In this document: one piece after another, positions 28,101-38,980 of the stretch
How positions within the stretch are numbered: the first letter of the stretch is position 1
Layout of the letters: each line of letters starts with the position of its first letter
Origin: Mytilus californianus
Taxonomy: Eukaryota
Assembly (NCBI RefSeq): GCF_021869535.1
Contig: NW_026262581.1
Coordinates: forward strand, 5,890,001-5,954,000
Reading direction: 5' to 3'
DNA length: 64,000 nt
Position numbers and translations under genes: made by a program
The notes under the pieces: model-generated
What the model was told of the DNA's origin: nothing
Database searches by the model: none
Seen by the model: the letters and a program-made list of their open reading frames with translations, nothing else

Positions 28101-31100
28101 TTTTATTGTATTGTATTTTAAATGATACTCAGCAGTTGCAGGCATTTTAAATTTCAGATCAGCTTTAAATCATGATACTAAATGTAAAACCATATTAATG
28201 AAAGATGTCTTTTATTTTAACCTTGATGTTATACTTTTTGTCTTGTTAGTCACATTTAAAGGTCATCATGAAAATTATATATTTACTTTAATACAGACAC
28301 CAACAAGATGTGTCGGAACAACACGAAAGTTCCTGGTCGCAAATTTTCAAAGTCCAAAACCTAACATTTTTCAGCAAAAATCAGCGGAGCGGAACCAAAA
28401 CTAAACTTGATCTGTAACTCATCATAGTAGACTAACATACTAAAAATCAGCTCGATGTGAAGGTGTTTAGAAAAAAAGTCTGTATAACTGTTATTTTCAA
28501 GAAATTTTTGAATTCCAAGGCCCGTAATTTCAACAAAAATCAGCAGAGCGGATCAAAATGTAAACTCATCATCAATCTGTAACTCATCATAGTAGACTCA
28601 CATACTAAAAATCAGCTCAATATGTGATGGTGTTTAGAAAAAAAGTCTGTATAATTGTTCGTTGCATAATGACGGAATGACGGACATGGGTAAAACTAAA
28701 TGGACCCGACCACTTTGTGGCGGGGCCATAAAAAAAAAGTTTTAGGTTGGGTGGTTTTCTTGATGGCCCTGTGCATTCACCAAGAAAGCTTGTTAAAAAT
28801 GTTTTAATGCCTAACATCAGAGAATGAGAACACTAAGTGAAGGCAAAATCTCACTTGGTTTTCTGCCAGCATAGCTAATTTGTGACATCCATCTGTATAG
28901 CTACAACTAACATCTCAATAAAAATGATTTAAATAGTGGAGATAAAATCAAAGTGAAACCTTTAGTTATATACTGCTCTATTTGTATTTCATTAATGATA
29001 AAAAATAAATTAAAAAGACATAATTACCTCATCAATTTTATGTAAATTGTCTGTTGAATATCCTCTTGTTTTGAATAAATCTTCCAAACTGAAATTCATA
29101 GAGCAAAGTATGATCACTATATAAAAGTTCCATCAGTAATTATTCAATAGTTTATGAATTTATAGTTGAAGGTATCTATTACGCACATGATTTTTTTAAA
29201 GGGGAGATTTAATATTTTGCAAACTTGTATAGGTCCAATAAATCCTGTATTTTTTTAAACTCATTTTCGTTGGCAAATTGCTGGAATTTCCCATTTTAAG
29301 TCCAGCGAATAAATTGCAGGTTCTTGGGTTTTTAGCCCTTCTTTGTATAATCAGTGAACACCACATACACACTTGAAATTTATTTTATGGATTAAAACAA
29401 TGTGAATATTTTCAGAAAGATATAATATAGCATACTTGAGTAATTCTAAGTCATGTTCCCAACATTGAATTATCATGAATTAGTCTCCACAACTCTGTAA
29501 TGACATCCCCAAAATTGTCATTTAGCTTGTCTTCATGGAAAAAAACAATTGTAAATGTTCCTTTAAGCAAACTTTGATGTTTAAAATCAAAAGGAGCTTG
29601 ATTTCATGGAACCAATGAATAAAATTTGTAAAGATTTCTTTAAAAGAACTTAAAATGACATGTGCTTATAGAACTACAGATTTTAAATATCAGGTGCTAG
29701 CTTGAGTAATTTTCAACTAACCTATGTTTACCTTTTCCATCATAAGCATTCAGATCTAGTATATTATTTAAATCAGTTTTTGACTGTGCTGTTTCTAAAA
29801 AGGTTGCATAACTATTTATATTTCTGAAATAAGAAAAAAAAGCATTATGAAAACTAACTTGTTACCAACAGACTTGTAGTACAGTAACTATACAAGAATG
29901 ATTGATTGTTGCTGGCTTAATGTACAGTGGTTATTTTTTCATGTATTACTACATAAGAAGACTGTTGTCTAATATTTTCATAGTTTTTTACAGTGGTTAT
30001 TTTTTCATGTATTACTACACAAGAAGACTGTAGTCTGATATTTTCATAGTTTTCTAAATGAATGTAAATAATAAAAAAAAATCAAATTGGAATGAATGGA
30101 AGAACAGGGTAAATCAGCATGACTTGCTGTTTGACAGTGGTAGGACAAAAAAAATGAGGTGTGACTGATTTATTCTTGTTTGTTGAACTTCCACCCGAAC
30201 GATTTCATGCATGTCCCTGAGTTTAACAAAGTTTAATGAATAGATATAGAATGACAAACTGCAAGATTTCACTCTAATGCAAAGATGACAACTGGGTCTC
30301 AAAGACTGTTAGTAATACAAGACAAAGTTACCAACCTGATTCTAGATTTAAGCTGATGCAATTCTTCTTCTGTAACCAAATCTATTTTGTTAATTATTAT
30401 CACATCGGACATTGCAATCTGTCTGGGCAAACAGAAATAATAACAACATTAATACAAAATATTCAATAAATATTGCGATTACATGTGTAAGATGGTATTT
30501 CTTGACTAAAATATACATTTAAAATTTTAAAAGTTTGTTAAAAATCCTGACCTTATACACCTATGCCTTCTTCATGAATAAAAAAATATATGTCCTTGGA
30601 ACACTGTAAATATACGTTTAGTTCACCTAGTGGACTCTAAAACTAAAGGATTAAAAAGCAAAAAAGACTTTTAGTTTATATAGTATCTTATACATTATAA
30701 CACTTAAAAGTACATTCAGTTTACCTAGTTGCCTCATTAATAGTGTTATCCATCTTCTTTTGATTTAGATACTGAAAGCATAAAATATGATATTGAAAAA
30801 AAAATTTCATATTAACAATAATTAAATATGTTTAATACTAGATCTTAACAAATAAATATAAAAGTGTGAGTGTTTCAAGGAAGACATGCTACGAGCCATC
30901 TCCATATAATATACCCACATTAATGGTTAAGTTCATGTTTAGGGATGAGAAATCCATAAAATCTCTACAATCAAACATTAAAATAGAAGGTGAACAACTA
31001 CATGTTCTGTAGAAGAATCTGTGCAAGATTGGTGGACTTTTTCAAGGAGTTGTGGATCAACATAAAGTGTGACTTGGACGATAGAAGTGATCCCTATGTG

Positions 31101-34100
31101 TTGCTTTTGACAGCTGGAAGCTGCCAGGAGACGAAATATAATATTTATCTGAAGAAATAGAAATGAAATATAAAGGATGGAGGAGTTGCATTTCATTCTA
31201 TAAATTTATCAAATTACACATTACTTAACCAAAGGCAGAGTTTCTACAATAAAGCCGAAGATAAATGTCACCAAACCCTAAAAAAAAACAGTCTAAATAT
31301 TTTATTTGTCTTGTTTATTTTATTACTGTTTAGGCCTAAATTGTCAACATAAAATAAAAATTCTAGCAATTTTACAAAAAATTCCCTGTATTGTAATTTA
31401 CAGTTTTAAAAAATATTTATCTATATTTTGTGCAATAAAGTTTTGTGTAAAATCTACAATTGTTCTTTACCTGTTCACAATATTTAGCATCAACAACTGT
31501 AATAATACCTGAAAAGAATAATGTAAATCAATCACCTACATTCTTTATCTTGCCAATAAAATTAATCAATTAAAGTATTTGAAAAACAAAAATTGCATAT
31601 CATTAACAAGTAAAGCATTGGGATAGATAAAAAGTGAATTTTGAAAGGAACTAGACTAGCAAATGGATCTGAAAATGAAGCTCATAATATAACTAGTAGA
31701 AGAGCTCAATATATTATGGAACAAATATCAAGAATTTATGATCTATAGTTGATGAAAAATGTGCTAAAGACACATGGATAAAGACAAACTAAGATAATAA
31801 CACATGCACAATAAATGAAAATCAATTAGTTCTTACTTCTTACTCAACTATGCCTTATTTATTTTGCTTTTAGAGTTAAAGATTTTTTTGAATAGTCAAA
31901 TCATATAATATTTTAAACTTCAGCTTAATTTTTTTTTATTCCTAACAAAATCTGAGTACTAATAGTATACAGGGAAATAACTCTTGGTTTCCTATAAATA
32001 ATGAAACTCCAGTTACAGCAGGTACATCACTAAAAATCCAATGGTTATTTCTTGCACTTGTAAGAGCCAAATTTTAATTATCTTTAAATTTCTGTTAATA
32101 TTTAGGAGAGTATGTGTCCCCTTTAAAGAGGGTGGTAAAGGGGGGGTGCTTGCATGGAAAAAACGTGAAATAAGACATAATTTCACGTTGAACGTGAAAT
32201 CATTTCTGTCATGAACGTTGCACGAAAAATAAAGACTTTGATGTGAACCTTTTGTGACTGAGTCACTGTCTTCTTGTGTAAATAAATTCTCTGTTTTACT
32301 TGTTATTCCCGATTTAGTATACACATTTATGATATAAATGGTTTACGGCTTTTCAAAAAGTATTTCTTGACGATCCCTGCCAAGTGTTTGAATTTTATTT
32401 GAAAAATACCGAGCACGCAAAATAAGCATTTGAAAATCATGATGCACGTAAAATTAAATAAGCAGAACACGTTGAACGAGGCACCTGTCTTGCACGACTG
32501 AACGTCAAATAAAAAAGTAAAAACACGTTGAACGTCAAATAAAAAACGGCGATCACGTTGCACGAAAATAACCCTTTACCACCCTCTTTAAACCACTAAA
32601 TTATCAAAACTAATTGATTAATTCAATCATACAAACCATCTAGAAATAAATCACTGCATAACTCTTCGTCTAACCAAAATATAGAAGCTATAGGACCTGA
32701 AAAGGAAAGAGAAAATACAGTTATCAAAAAGAGAAAACAATCCAAACTTTACTCTCATATTCAAGCTAAGTATTTTTTTTTATCATACAATTACTATTCT
32801 AATCTACAAGAGAATGTTTTAACATCATTTATTCAGCTTCAATTAATTTTTCTTTAAGAATTATCTGCAGATTTTTTTTTAAAAGTTTTAAGCAAATGGA
32901 ATACAAGTTACATTTTGCATGAAGTATAAAAGTGCTACTTATTTTTTATAAATATATATTAAAAAAGAAATCTGGGCAAGTACTGTTATGAAGGGCACTC
33001 AAGCAGCTATTTATGCATACATCAGTTATAGAGATTGGAAAACTTGTTCCCGAAAAAAGATTGAATGTCATACTTTTTTTTTCTTAAATTCAATTTAAAA
33101 TGAATTTTCCAGCATATAAAATATTCTCATTATTACCTAAAAATAATTTAGATAAAGAAATGAAATAGTAGGTGCTATGACAATACCTGGATCAGCAAGG
33201 CCTGTTGTTTCTAATAAAACATAATCAAATTTTCCTTTCTTTGTCATTAAATTTTCTATAGCTTTGACTCCATTGTCTCTGTAAAAGAAAGATAAAAACA
33301 CATTTTATAAGCACATCAATGTATACAAATAACTATTTTTTAACAGAATCTCCAATATAAATTATAAATGTCTGGTAGTTTCAGATGCATATATATCTTA
33401 AAAATAAATATACTACAGATCAGAGCACTTTTTAGTAAATAACATACATGTGGGTAGTGAATATGGACAATGATACTGGAAATTTAGACACATAGTTGGG
33501 GTTAACATGGTTTAAAAAAATCATATTAACAGGACTTATATCCATTTCAAATATATTTCTTCATCTCCAAGTTTTAAAGTACTGGAGTTCACGGCCAAAA
33601 TGTCCTCATCTTAATATATTTCAAAATGGGTAAATAAAATAAACAAATAGAATTACTTAACAGAACAGCAAAGACATCCATTTCTAAGTTCTAACCATTC
33701 CTCGAACAGCTCTCCTTCCTGTCCAATAGACATGGACTTTTCTATAGAATCGCCTGAAATGTATAATTATAATTTATGTACATGCAAAATATAAACAGGT
33801 ACCCACATAGGCTTTTTTAAATAAAGGTTGTGCTTCACAGTCCTCGAATTTTGAATACAAACCTTTGGATCTCAAGCTAACACCACACTTGAGATTAGAG
33901 ATTTGTCAAAAATGTTATTAAAAAAATGAACACATACCAATAAGCAAGAAGTCCAGTTTTGACTACATTTATTCAGAGCTTTCTCTGGGCCTTATAGAAT
34001 AACTCTATTGAGTCCTATGTTGTTTACCATGATATTATCTGAACAAATTTCAAAATAGTAAGTATTATAAACATGGAGCTATAAATTTAAGAAAACAGTG

Positions 34101-35288
34101 TTATTTCAAACCCAATGGTGCCTATTTGAAATGCTTGGATAGAACACTCACATTACTCAAATCTATTACAGCAAAATAGACCTAAATTGTTAATTATGTT
34201 GAAATAAAATTTAACAGTACCAATTTTTCTGCACTAGATGAGCGCATTTCGACAATATATGTCATTTGAGTGATGCTCGAGGCCAAAATATTTGAAAATC
34301 CAAAACTTATTAAAAAAATGAAGAACTTATAAACCAAAAAGAACAAACAAGTATAGCAAAAACAGGGTGCCACTACACTTGGAATTTTGTCTGTTATTAC
34401 CAACATATGTCACATACTATTGTTGCTATATTATTTATTTCTTCTTGGAATCCAATGTACCACATTTTCTGTAGAAGATTTCTTTTACTGTAGTTTACAT
34501 TAATTTGACTTAAATTTCAAAATATTTTTTTCTGTTCTAACCTATTCTTAAATGGCACCACATTACCTAACTGGATGAATTAAGAAATTTTAGGATAAAT
34601 TTGTCAAACTAACCTTCACCAAATTCATTCATTATAACTGCTATCTTTTTCCCATGCTGCTCAGTAAGGACATAGTTCAATAAAGTTGTTTTCCCTGATC
34701 CTTAAAAAAGAAGAACATTTATTATTTCTAGAGATGAATATTAATTTTACATGACAATGTGTTTATACAAGGATTTTTGTGCATCATGGAACTGTATCTC
34801 TCTAATAACATAAACTACATCTATTAATTAGTCTAACCAAGAACCCATCATAGTTTATGATATACATTTCACAACTTATAGTAATAATGGTGGTCATATT
34901 TGATGGCAATTAGATTGAGCATCAACTGTAACACTGACAGAAATCCTATAAGTTAAATAGTAAGTTTTTCTTAATTTTATTTATTATTTTGTTTTGTCAA
35001 GTTTTCTATTTTTATAACAAGGGAATCACAAATTTATCTATAAATTCATCGAAGTTAAGTGCATGTTGCACTTTAGTCTTTACAGGATTATTGAATTGAA
35101 TGTTTCGATACTTTTACTTAATATTCAATTTTTAAAAAATGGTTACCATTGTCAATGTTGTGATTGATTAGAATGTATATAATTTTTTATAAAGTATTAC
35201 CTAGAAAGCCAGTAATAATTGTAATAGGTACTCTGTTGTTCTCTGCTGGTACAAGGTCAGGGATATCATCATCTTCACTATCAGACAT
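13048..35288 (-). CDS. ZNG1: Zn-regulated GTPase metalloprotein activator 1 / COBW-domain protein, complete, 13 coding exons, 362 aa
   Basis: Minus-strand join of 35201-35288, 34614-34700, 33657-33753, 33187-33278, 32637-32696, 31471-31508, 30725-30771, 30336-30422, 29722-29823, 29028-29088, 27663-27797, 14662-14785, 13048-13118. All introns are GT-AG, phases are compatible, total 1089 nt. Motifs: Walker A GFLGSGKTT, GCLCC metal site, ETTG (G3), NKID (G4), CobW_C tail. Colinear with human CBWD1/ZNG1 as recalled. Confidence 0.96.
13853..13951. repeat. 33-bp tandem repeat x3
   Basis: TTCAGAGAGATTGGTAGTGCTTAAAAGTACATG. Confidence 0.95.
13972..14163. mobile_element. Tc1/mariner-type MITE
   Basis: TA|CTGTGGATTCATT...ATGGATCCACAG; inverted family member at ~62535-62744. 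Confidence 0.7.
14662..14785 (-). CDS. ZNG1: ZNG1 exon 12
   Basis: [42 protein letters not shown]. Confidence 0.94.
15497..15642. repeat. Long palindrome (~66-bp arms, 12-nt loop)
   Basis: ACAATATATGTACATTGTCGGAAAATATA... and its reverse complement; loop GAGGCTAGCCGA. Confidence 0.9.
16525..17050. mobile_element. Decayed HINE-like repeat with ~130-bp internal repeats
   Basis: AACAAGAG start; repeated CCATGAAAATGAGGTCAAGGTCA; related pieces at 23390-23600 and 23930-24000. Confidence 0.5.
17691..19363 (+). pseudogene. Intronless RING-less TRIM-like pseudogene (2 B-boxes, coiled coil, NHL-like beta-propeller), nested antisense in ZNG1 intron 11
   Basis: [33 protein letters not shown] then CIKCQKFH (B-box1); [32 protein letters not shown] (B-box2); propeller-like [18 protein letters not shown] and [14 protein letters not shown]; ends FSGC*. 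At least five frameshifts (~17795, ~18345, ~18730, ~19150, ~19255). Confidence 0.88.
19370..20060. repeat. Degenerate ~47-bp minisatellite interrupted by a ~300-bp insertion (~19630-19935)
   Basis: Recurrent CAGTTTTCTAGATTCTGAATTAC. Confidence 0.6.
20075..22733. mobile_element. Kolobok-type MITE (TTAA TSD) carrying a nested HINE
   Basis: TTAA|AGGGGCACTAGCT ... AGCTAGTGCCCCT|TTAA, perfect 13-bp TIR. Confidence 0.8.
20385..22355 (-). mobile_element. Helentron/DINE-1-like (HINE) element with three internal satellite arrays
   Basis: subTIR ATACGACCGC/GCGGTCGTAT, (GAC)n microsatellite, terminal GC stem-loop; ~135-bp x4.3 (20595-21185), 35-bp x6 (21240-21465), ~161-bp x3.6 (21660-22245). Confidence 0.8.
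22800..23330 (+). repeat. Abundant interspersed repeat (Penelope-associated family)
   Basis: Shared core AGGCTCCTGACTTGGGACAGGC with 45230-45810 and, inverted, 9300-9750 and 36720-36800. Confidence 0.6.
24283..25243. mobile_element. Mutator-type MITE, 57-bp TIRs, ~9-bp TSD
   Basis: CATCTTCGCTAGCCAAGGGTTACGATCCACTTCCCT... inverted (3 mismatches); flanks CCATTCTGAC / CCATCTGAC. Confidence 0.85.
24471..24590. repeat. 120-bp palindrome (54-bp arms, 3 mismatches) inside the MITE
   Basis: GTGGATTATCGGATTTATCC...GTCC gagcctcggcga GGAC...GGATAAATCCGATAATCCAC. Confidence 0.92.
26339..26952. mobile_element. Kolobok-type MITE
   Basis: TTAA|GGTAGATAGGGTGTCT ... AGACACCCCATCTACC|TTAA. Confidence 0.8.
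27097..27177. mobile_element. 81-bp TTAA-flanked micro-MITE/palindrome
   Basis: 27-bp arms AGCAGTGTAAGGGAGG(A/T)AATCCAAACA, 23-nt spacer. Confidence 0.65.
27663..27797 (-). CDS. ZNG1: ZNG1 exon 11
   Basis: [45 protein letters not shown]. Confidence 0.95.
28302..28738 (-). mobile_element. HINE-like element with internal duplication
   Basis: AACAAGATGTGTC end, GACGGA microsatellite, hairpin end, duplicated CTGTAACTCATCATAGTAGAC block. Confidence 0.6.
29028..29088 (-). CDS. ZNG1: ZNG1 exon 10
   Basis: [20 protein letters not shown], phase 2->0. Confidence 0.85.
29722..29823 (-). CDS. ZNG1: ZNG1 exon 9
   Basis: [34 protein letters not shown]; the GTTAGT donor gives the phase exon 10 needs. 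Confidence 0.88.
29923..30054. repeat. 66-bp tandem duplication in a SINE-tail remnant
   Basis: TACAGTGGTTATTTTTTCATGTATTACTAC... x2. Confidence 0.85.
30336..30422 (-). CDS. ZNG1: ZNG1 exon 8
   Basis: [29 protein letters not shown]. Confidence 0.95.
30725..30771 (-). CDS. ZNG1: ZNG1 exon 7 (47 bp)
   Basis: [16 protein letters not shown]. Confidence 0.9.
31471..31508 (-). CDS. ZNG1: ZNG1 exon 6 (38 bp)
   Basis: [12 protein letters not shown]. Confidence 0.92.
32127..32587. mobile_element. Kolobok-type MITE
   Basis: TTAA|AGAGGGTGGTAAAGGG ... CCCTTTACCACCCTCT|TTAA (16-bp perfect TIR); internal CACGTTGAACGT repeats. Confidence 0.85.
32637..32696 (-). CDS. ZNG1: ZNG1 exon 5
   Basis: [20 protein letters not shown]. 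Confidence 0.93.
33187..33278 (-). CDS. ZNG1: ZNG1 exon 4
   Basis: [31 protein letters not shown]. Confidence 0.95.
33657..33753 (-). CDS. ZNG1: ZNG1 exon 3
   Basis: [32 protein letters not shown]. Confidence 0.95.
34195..34375 (-). mobile_element. Hammerhead-bearing (retrozyme/Penelope pLTR-like) repeat with destroyed core
   Basis: Homologous to 49680-49830; core CUGAAGA changed to CUCAAAU, plus an insertion in stem III. Confidence 0.7.
34614..34700 (-). CDS. ZNG1: ZNG1 exon 2
   Basis: [33 protein letters not shown] bounded. Confidence 0.95.
35201..35288 (-). CDS. ZNG1: ZNG1 coding exon 1
   Basis: [30 protein letters not shown]; an acceptor AG 10 nt upstream of the ATG implies an upstream non-coding exon. 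Confidence 0.92.
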
Positions 35289-35574
35289 GGTGTAATATCT
35301 AGTTATTGTAACAGAAACAAAATAACATAAAGATGATAAAATTTAAGCATAATAGGAATCATAACAAGATTTCAACATTTTACTAGTCTACAAATTGTAG
35401 TTTGAGTAATTCATGTTATTCCTATAAACAATACAGCGATACCAAAAATCTATAACTATCTATATATGTTATGTACAATGAACTAAAATATACACACAGA
35501 CTCTTTGTTGATATAAAGTAACAATGAACAATAATATATACAAGTATCATACAATCTAACAGCCTGTTCTCCAA

Positions 35575-35750
35575 ATGGGATGGTCTGTCACTACAAGACA
35601 GTGCAGGCTAGTACAACCTGTCCTCCGAGTGGGACAGTCTGTCACTACCAGACAGTGTGGGCTGGTACAGTCTGTCCTCCGAGTGGGACAGTCCGTCACT
35701 ACCAGGCAGTGCGGGCTGGTGCAGTCTGTCCTCGGAATGGGACAGTCTGT
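35575..35750. repeat. GC-rich 54-bp tandem repeat x3.3
   Basis: GTCTGTCACTACCAGACAGTG...GTCCTCCGAGTGGGACA. Confidence 0.9.
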
Positions 35751-36313
35751 TCTGCCAACTTGCTATATTAGACCAACTTATACCTTGTACATGTTGTCCT
35801 CACAATGTTATAGCTCTTATGTAACTTAAAACTAAGTAACATACTACTGCATATAAACTGGTCTTCTTTATAAGAACATTGACAGAACCCGGTGTATTCC
35901 TCACCCGCTTATATACTTCAGGGCGAATACAATATTTCCTGGATAGGGGTGTTTCCTAAATTTTCCCCTTACTGAACACAAGAATCCCTCACAAACACCC
36001 CTATAACCTTCGACCCATCCACTGACTTTCCTGCCAAACATCTAAATCTACACAACGCTTTCTCCACTGTATACCATGTATTACTACAATACAATCCTTC
36101 TTATTTGTAACCATAATGACTAATAAACATTACAACAATATGGTATTCAGAAAAGTTGCTAACCAAAAGTTGTTGCCTTTTATGTAATCATTTGCAATAT
36201 TTTTCCCTTGATTCTAAAAAAAATTTTGCACAGTAAAATTATATCCTATTTGGGTATTATATCCCAAATGGGATTTTATAACCCATTACGAAGATAAATT
36301 CCTCAACCTGCTC

Positions 36314-36639
36314 GGTATCAGGTCGTTGCCGCCCCAAAGTCAATCTGTCCCAAGTCGATATATAATATTATATTTCTATATGAAATCTAAATATAAATTA
36401 GAAAAAATATTCAAATAAATGTCTCATCTTATGAAAATTTTCAAATATTCGTCAATATTTTTACTGTGGATCTATCATATTATTATAAAATTCATAAACA
36501 TTTATCAATGACACTGAGATCATAAATATCTTTATTTTTATTCCTTGTTAATATTTTTATATTGGGGACAGATCGACTTTAAATATGGGGCCGGATCAAC
36601 TTGGGACGGAACGACTTGGGGCCGGATCGACATGAAAGC
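36314..36639. mobile_element. Mutator-type MITE
   Basis: Perfect 9-bp direct repeat AACCTGCTC (36305-13, 36640-48); imperfect TIRs with GCCCCAAGTC subrepeats. Confidence 0.75.
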
Positions 36640-37206
36640 AACCTGCTCAAGTCAACAAGTCAACTCTTTTTACAGTTTGTTTACAGTTTGTTCTTATGAG
36701 TTGCTGCACCACTTTCCCCGGTCAGGGCAAGGTTGAACGATCGAAAACACGTTAAACCCCGGAACATTCTGTATGTGCCTGTCCTAAGTTGTTGTTCAAC
36801 TTGTTGTCTATATCATTTTGTTTTTCGCTTGTCTGTTTTGACTTTTGTACATAAATCGTGTTGTTTTACAGCTAGTATCAAGCATAATTGTATAAATAGC
36901 TTTTGGATTAACCGAATAGATTTTTAAATACTTATATATTTCTCAGACAAGGAAGCCTACATTTAAAGAAGGATATTCGATATGTTTATGTTTTTTTTTC
37001 TGTTCATCTAAGGGAGATAACTTAATTTACAAAATAATGTTAAGCACAATGTCGGACAAATAAAAAATCCGGAAAAAATAGGTATAAATATATTAGACAT
37101 ATTATGTAACTCTTGCTATGAGCTATGCACAAAGTCTACGAACGTTAATTATTTTTGTTTGTCCCTAATTAAATTTATTGTATCTTTTTATTGAAGTAGA
37201 ATTTAT

Positions 37207-38980
37207 GTCGGGTGGTGCACCTTTGAAAAAAGAAGGCGTTCTTGTAACAGACACTACCGAAAAAGCAAACATACTAAACCAACAATTTCAGTCAGTATTT
37301 ACTAATGAACCATTGACCAATATTCCTGACAAAGGTCCAAGCCCATTCACAAAAATGCCAGAAATAAAAATCACATCACCAGGTTTCGAAAAATTATTAC
37401 ACCAAACTAAATCCCCACAAAACGGCTAGCGGTCCAGATAACATCAGTGGACGTGTATTAAAAGAACTAAAAATACAGATCGCACCAATCTTGACCATCA
37501 TTTTTACTAAATCTCTACAAACAGGCAATACACTAAAAGACTGGAAACATGCAAACGTCGCAACTGCATTTAAAAAGGGCGAACGATACAAGGCTAAAAA
37601 TTATAGACCAATTTCAATAACTTGTATTTGTTGTAAATTGATGGAGCACATTGTGACAAGTAACATCATGCATGGACTATCTAGAGGCAAATAACATCAT
37701 TTACGACCTCCAACATAGTTTCCGTAAATCGAGATCATGCGAATCACAACTCATTCAATTTATAAAAGAACTTCATAACAACAATAACAAAAATATACAA
37801 ACAGACCTCATTTATTATGGAATTTGGCAAAGCCTTCGATAAAGTACTCCACAAACTTTTACTCTACAAACTTAAATACTATGGCATAAAAGACTACAAT
37901 CTAAAATGGATTCAGGTTTTTTTAACAGACCGTACACAAACAGTGGTTATAGAAGGAATAACATCAAACACAGTACCAGTTACATCATGTGTGCCACAAG
38001 GAACTGTCCTTGGACCTATACTTTTTTTAATATACATAAATGATTTTCCAGAATACCTTAATCACAGCAAATAACGACTCTTTGCTGATGATAGCATTAT
38101 ATACCGTGAAATAACATGTCAACAAGATTGCAAAAAACTACAAGCGGATCTAAATGCGGCCGCTAACATCCTGCATAACCATACCTTAGAACCAATAACA
38201 TCAGCAAAATATGTTGGTGTAACCTTACAGTCAAATTTAAAATGGAACAATCACTACGACAACATCATATTAAATGCAAACAAATCTCTTGGATTTCTGA
38301 AGAGAAACCTAAAAATTTCAAACACCAACATCAAATCCCGTGCATACATATTCATAGTGAGACACTGAAACTTGAATACGCGTGTAGTATATGGGATCTA
38401 CATACAACAGAATACAAAAACAAACTAGAAATGATACAGAGGCGTGCTGCCCGTTATGTATGTAACAAATATCATAACACCAGTAGTGTTACATCCATGA
38501 TAAACCATCTTCAATGGCCCTCACTTGCTGAGCGCCGCCCCAAAACCAGACTGATAATGTTCTATAAAGTCATCAATGGACTCATAGCATTTCCATCGCT
38601 GGTCCTAATACCAACAGATACAAGAACAACAAATACTCACAACCAATCATTTCGACAAATATCCACCTCAAAAGAAAGTTACAAATGGTTATTTTTCCCA
38701 CACACAATAATCCAATGGAACATGTTACCGTAAGTTGTGGTAGTATGTCAAACAATTGAAACCTTTAGAGAACAGTTGACACCAACCGTTCTCCACAACA
38801 TAAAGTAACTCAATAAATATCAATGTTCATATTTTTAATCACTATATGAAGTTTTCTACAATTTCAACAAATTTTGTTGTGTAACTATTATTTGAATATT
38901 TTTTAAACATATACTCCGCGCATGCAACAGTTCATAATCTTCAATCATATGAAGCTGATACTGTATAGAAGAAGAAGAAG
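37207..38980 (+). mobile_element. 5'-truncated CR1/L2-group LINE (RT), frameshifted
   Basis: [80 protein letters not shown]; (GAA)4 tail. Confidence 0.92.

Noticed and set aside
29732-29733. Earlier GTAAAC donor for ZNG1 exon 9
   Set aside because: It gives the wrong phase for exon 10; the GTTAGT donor 10 nt further restores the frame and the alignment.
30978-31196. ORF-track 72-aa ORF as a ZNG1 exon
   Set aside because: The ZNG1 reading frame is complete without it, and there is no similarity.
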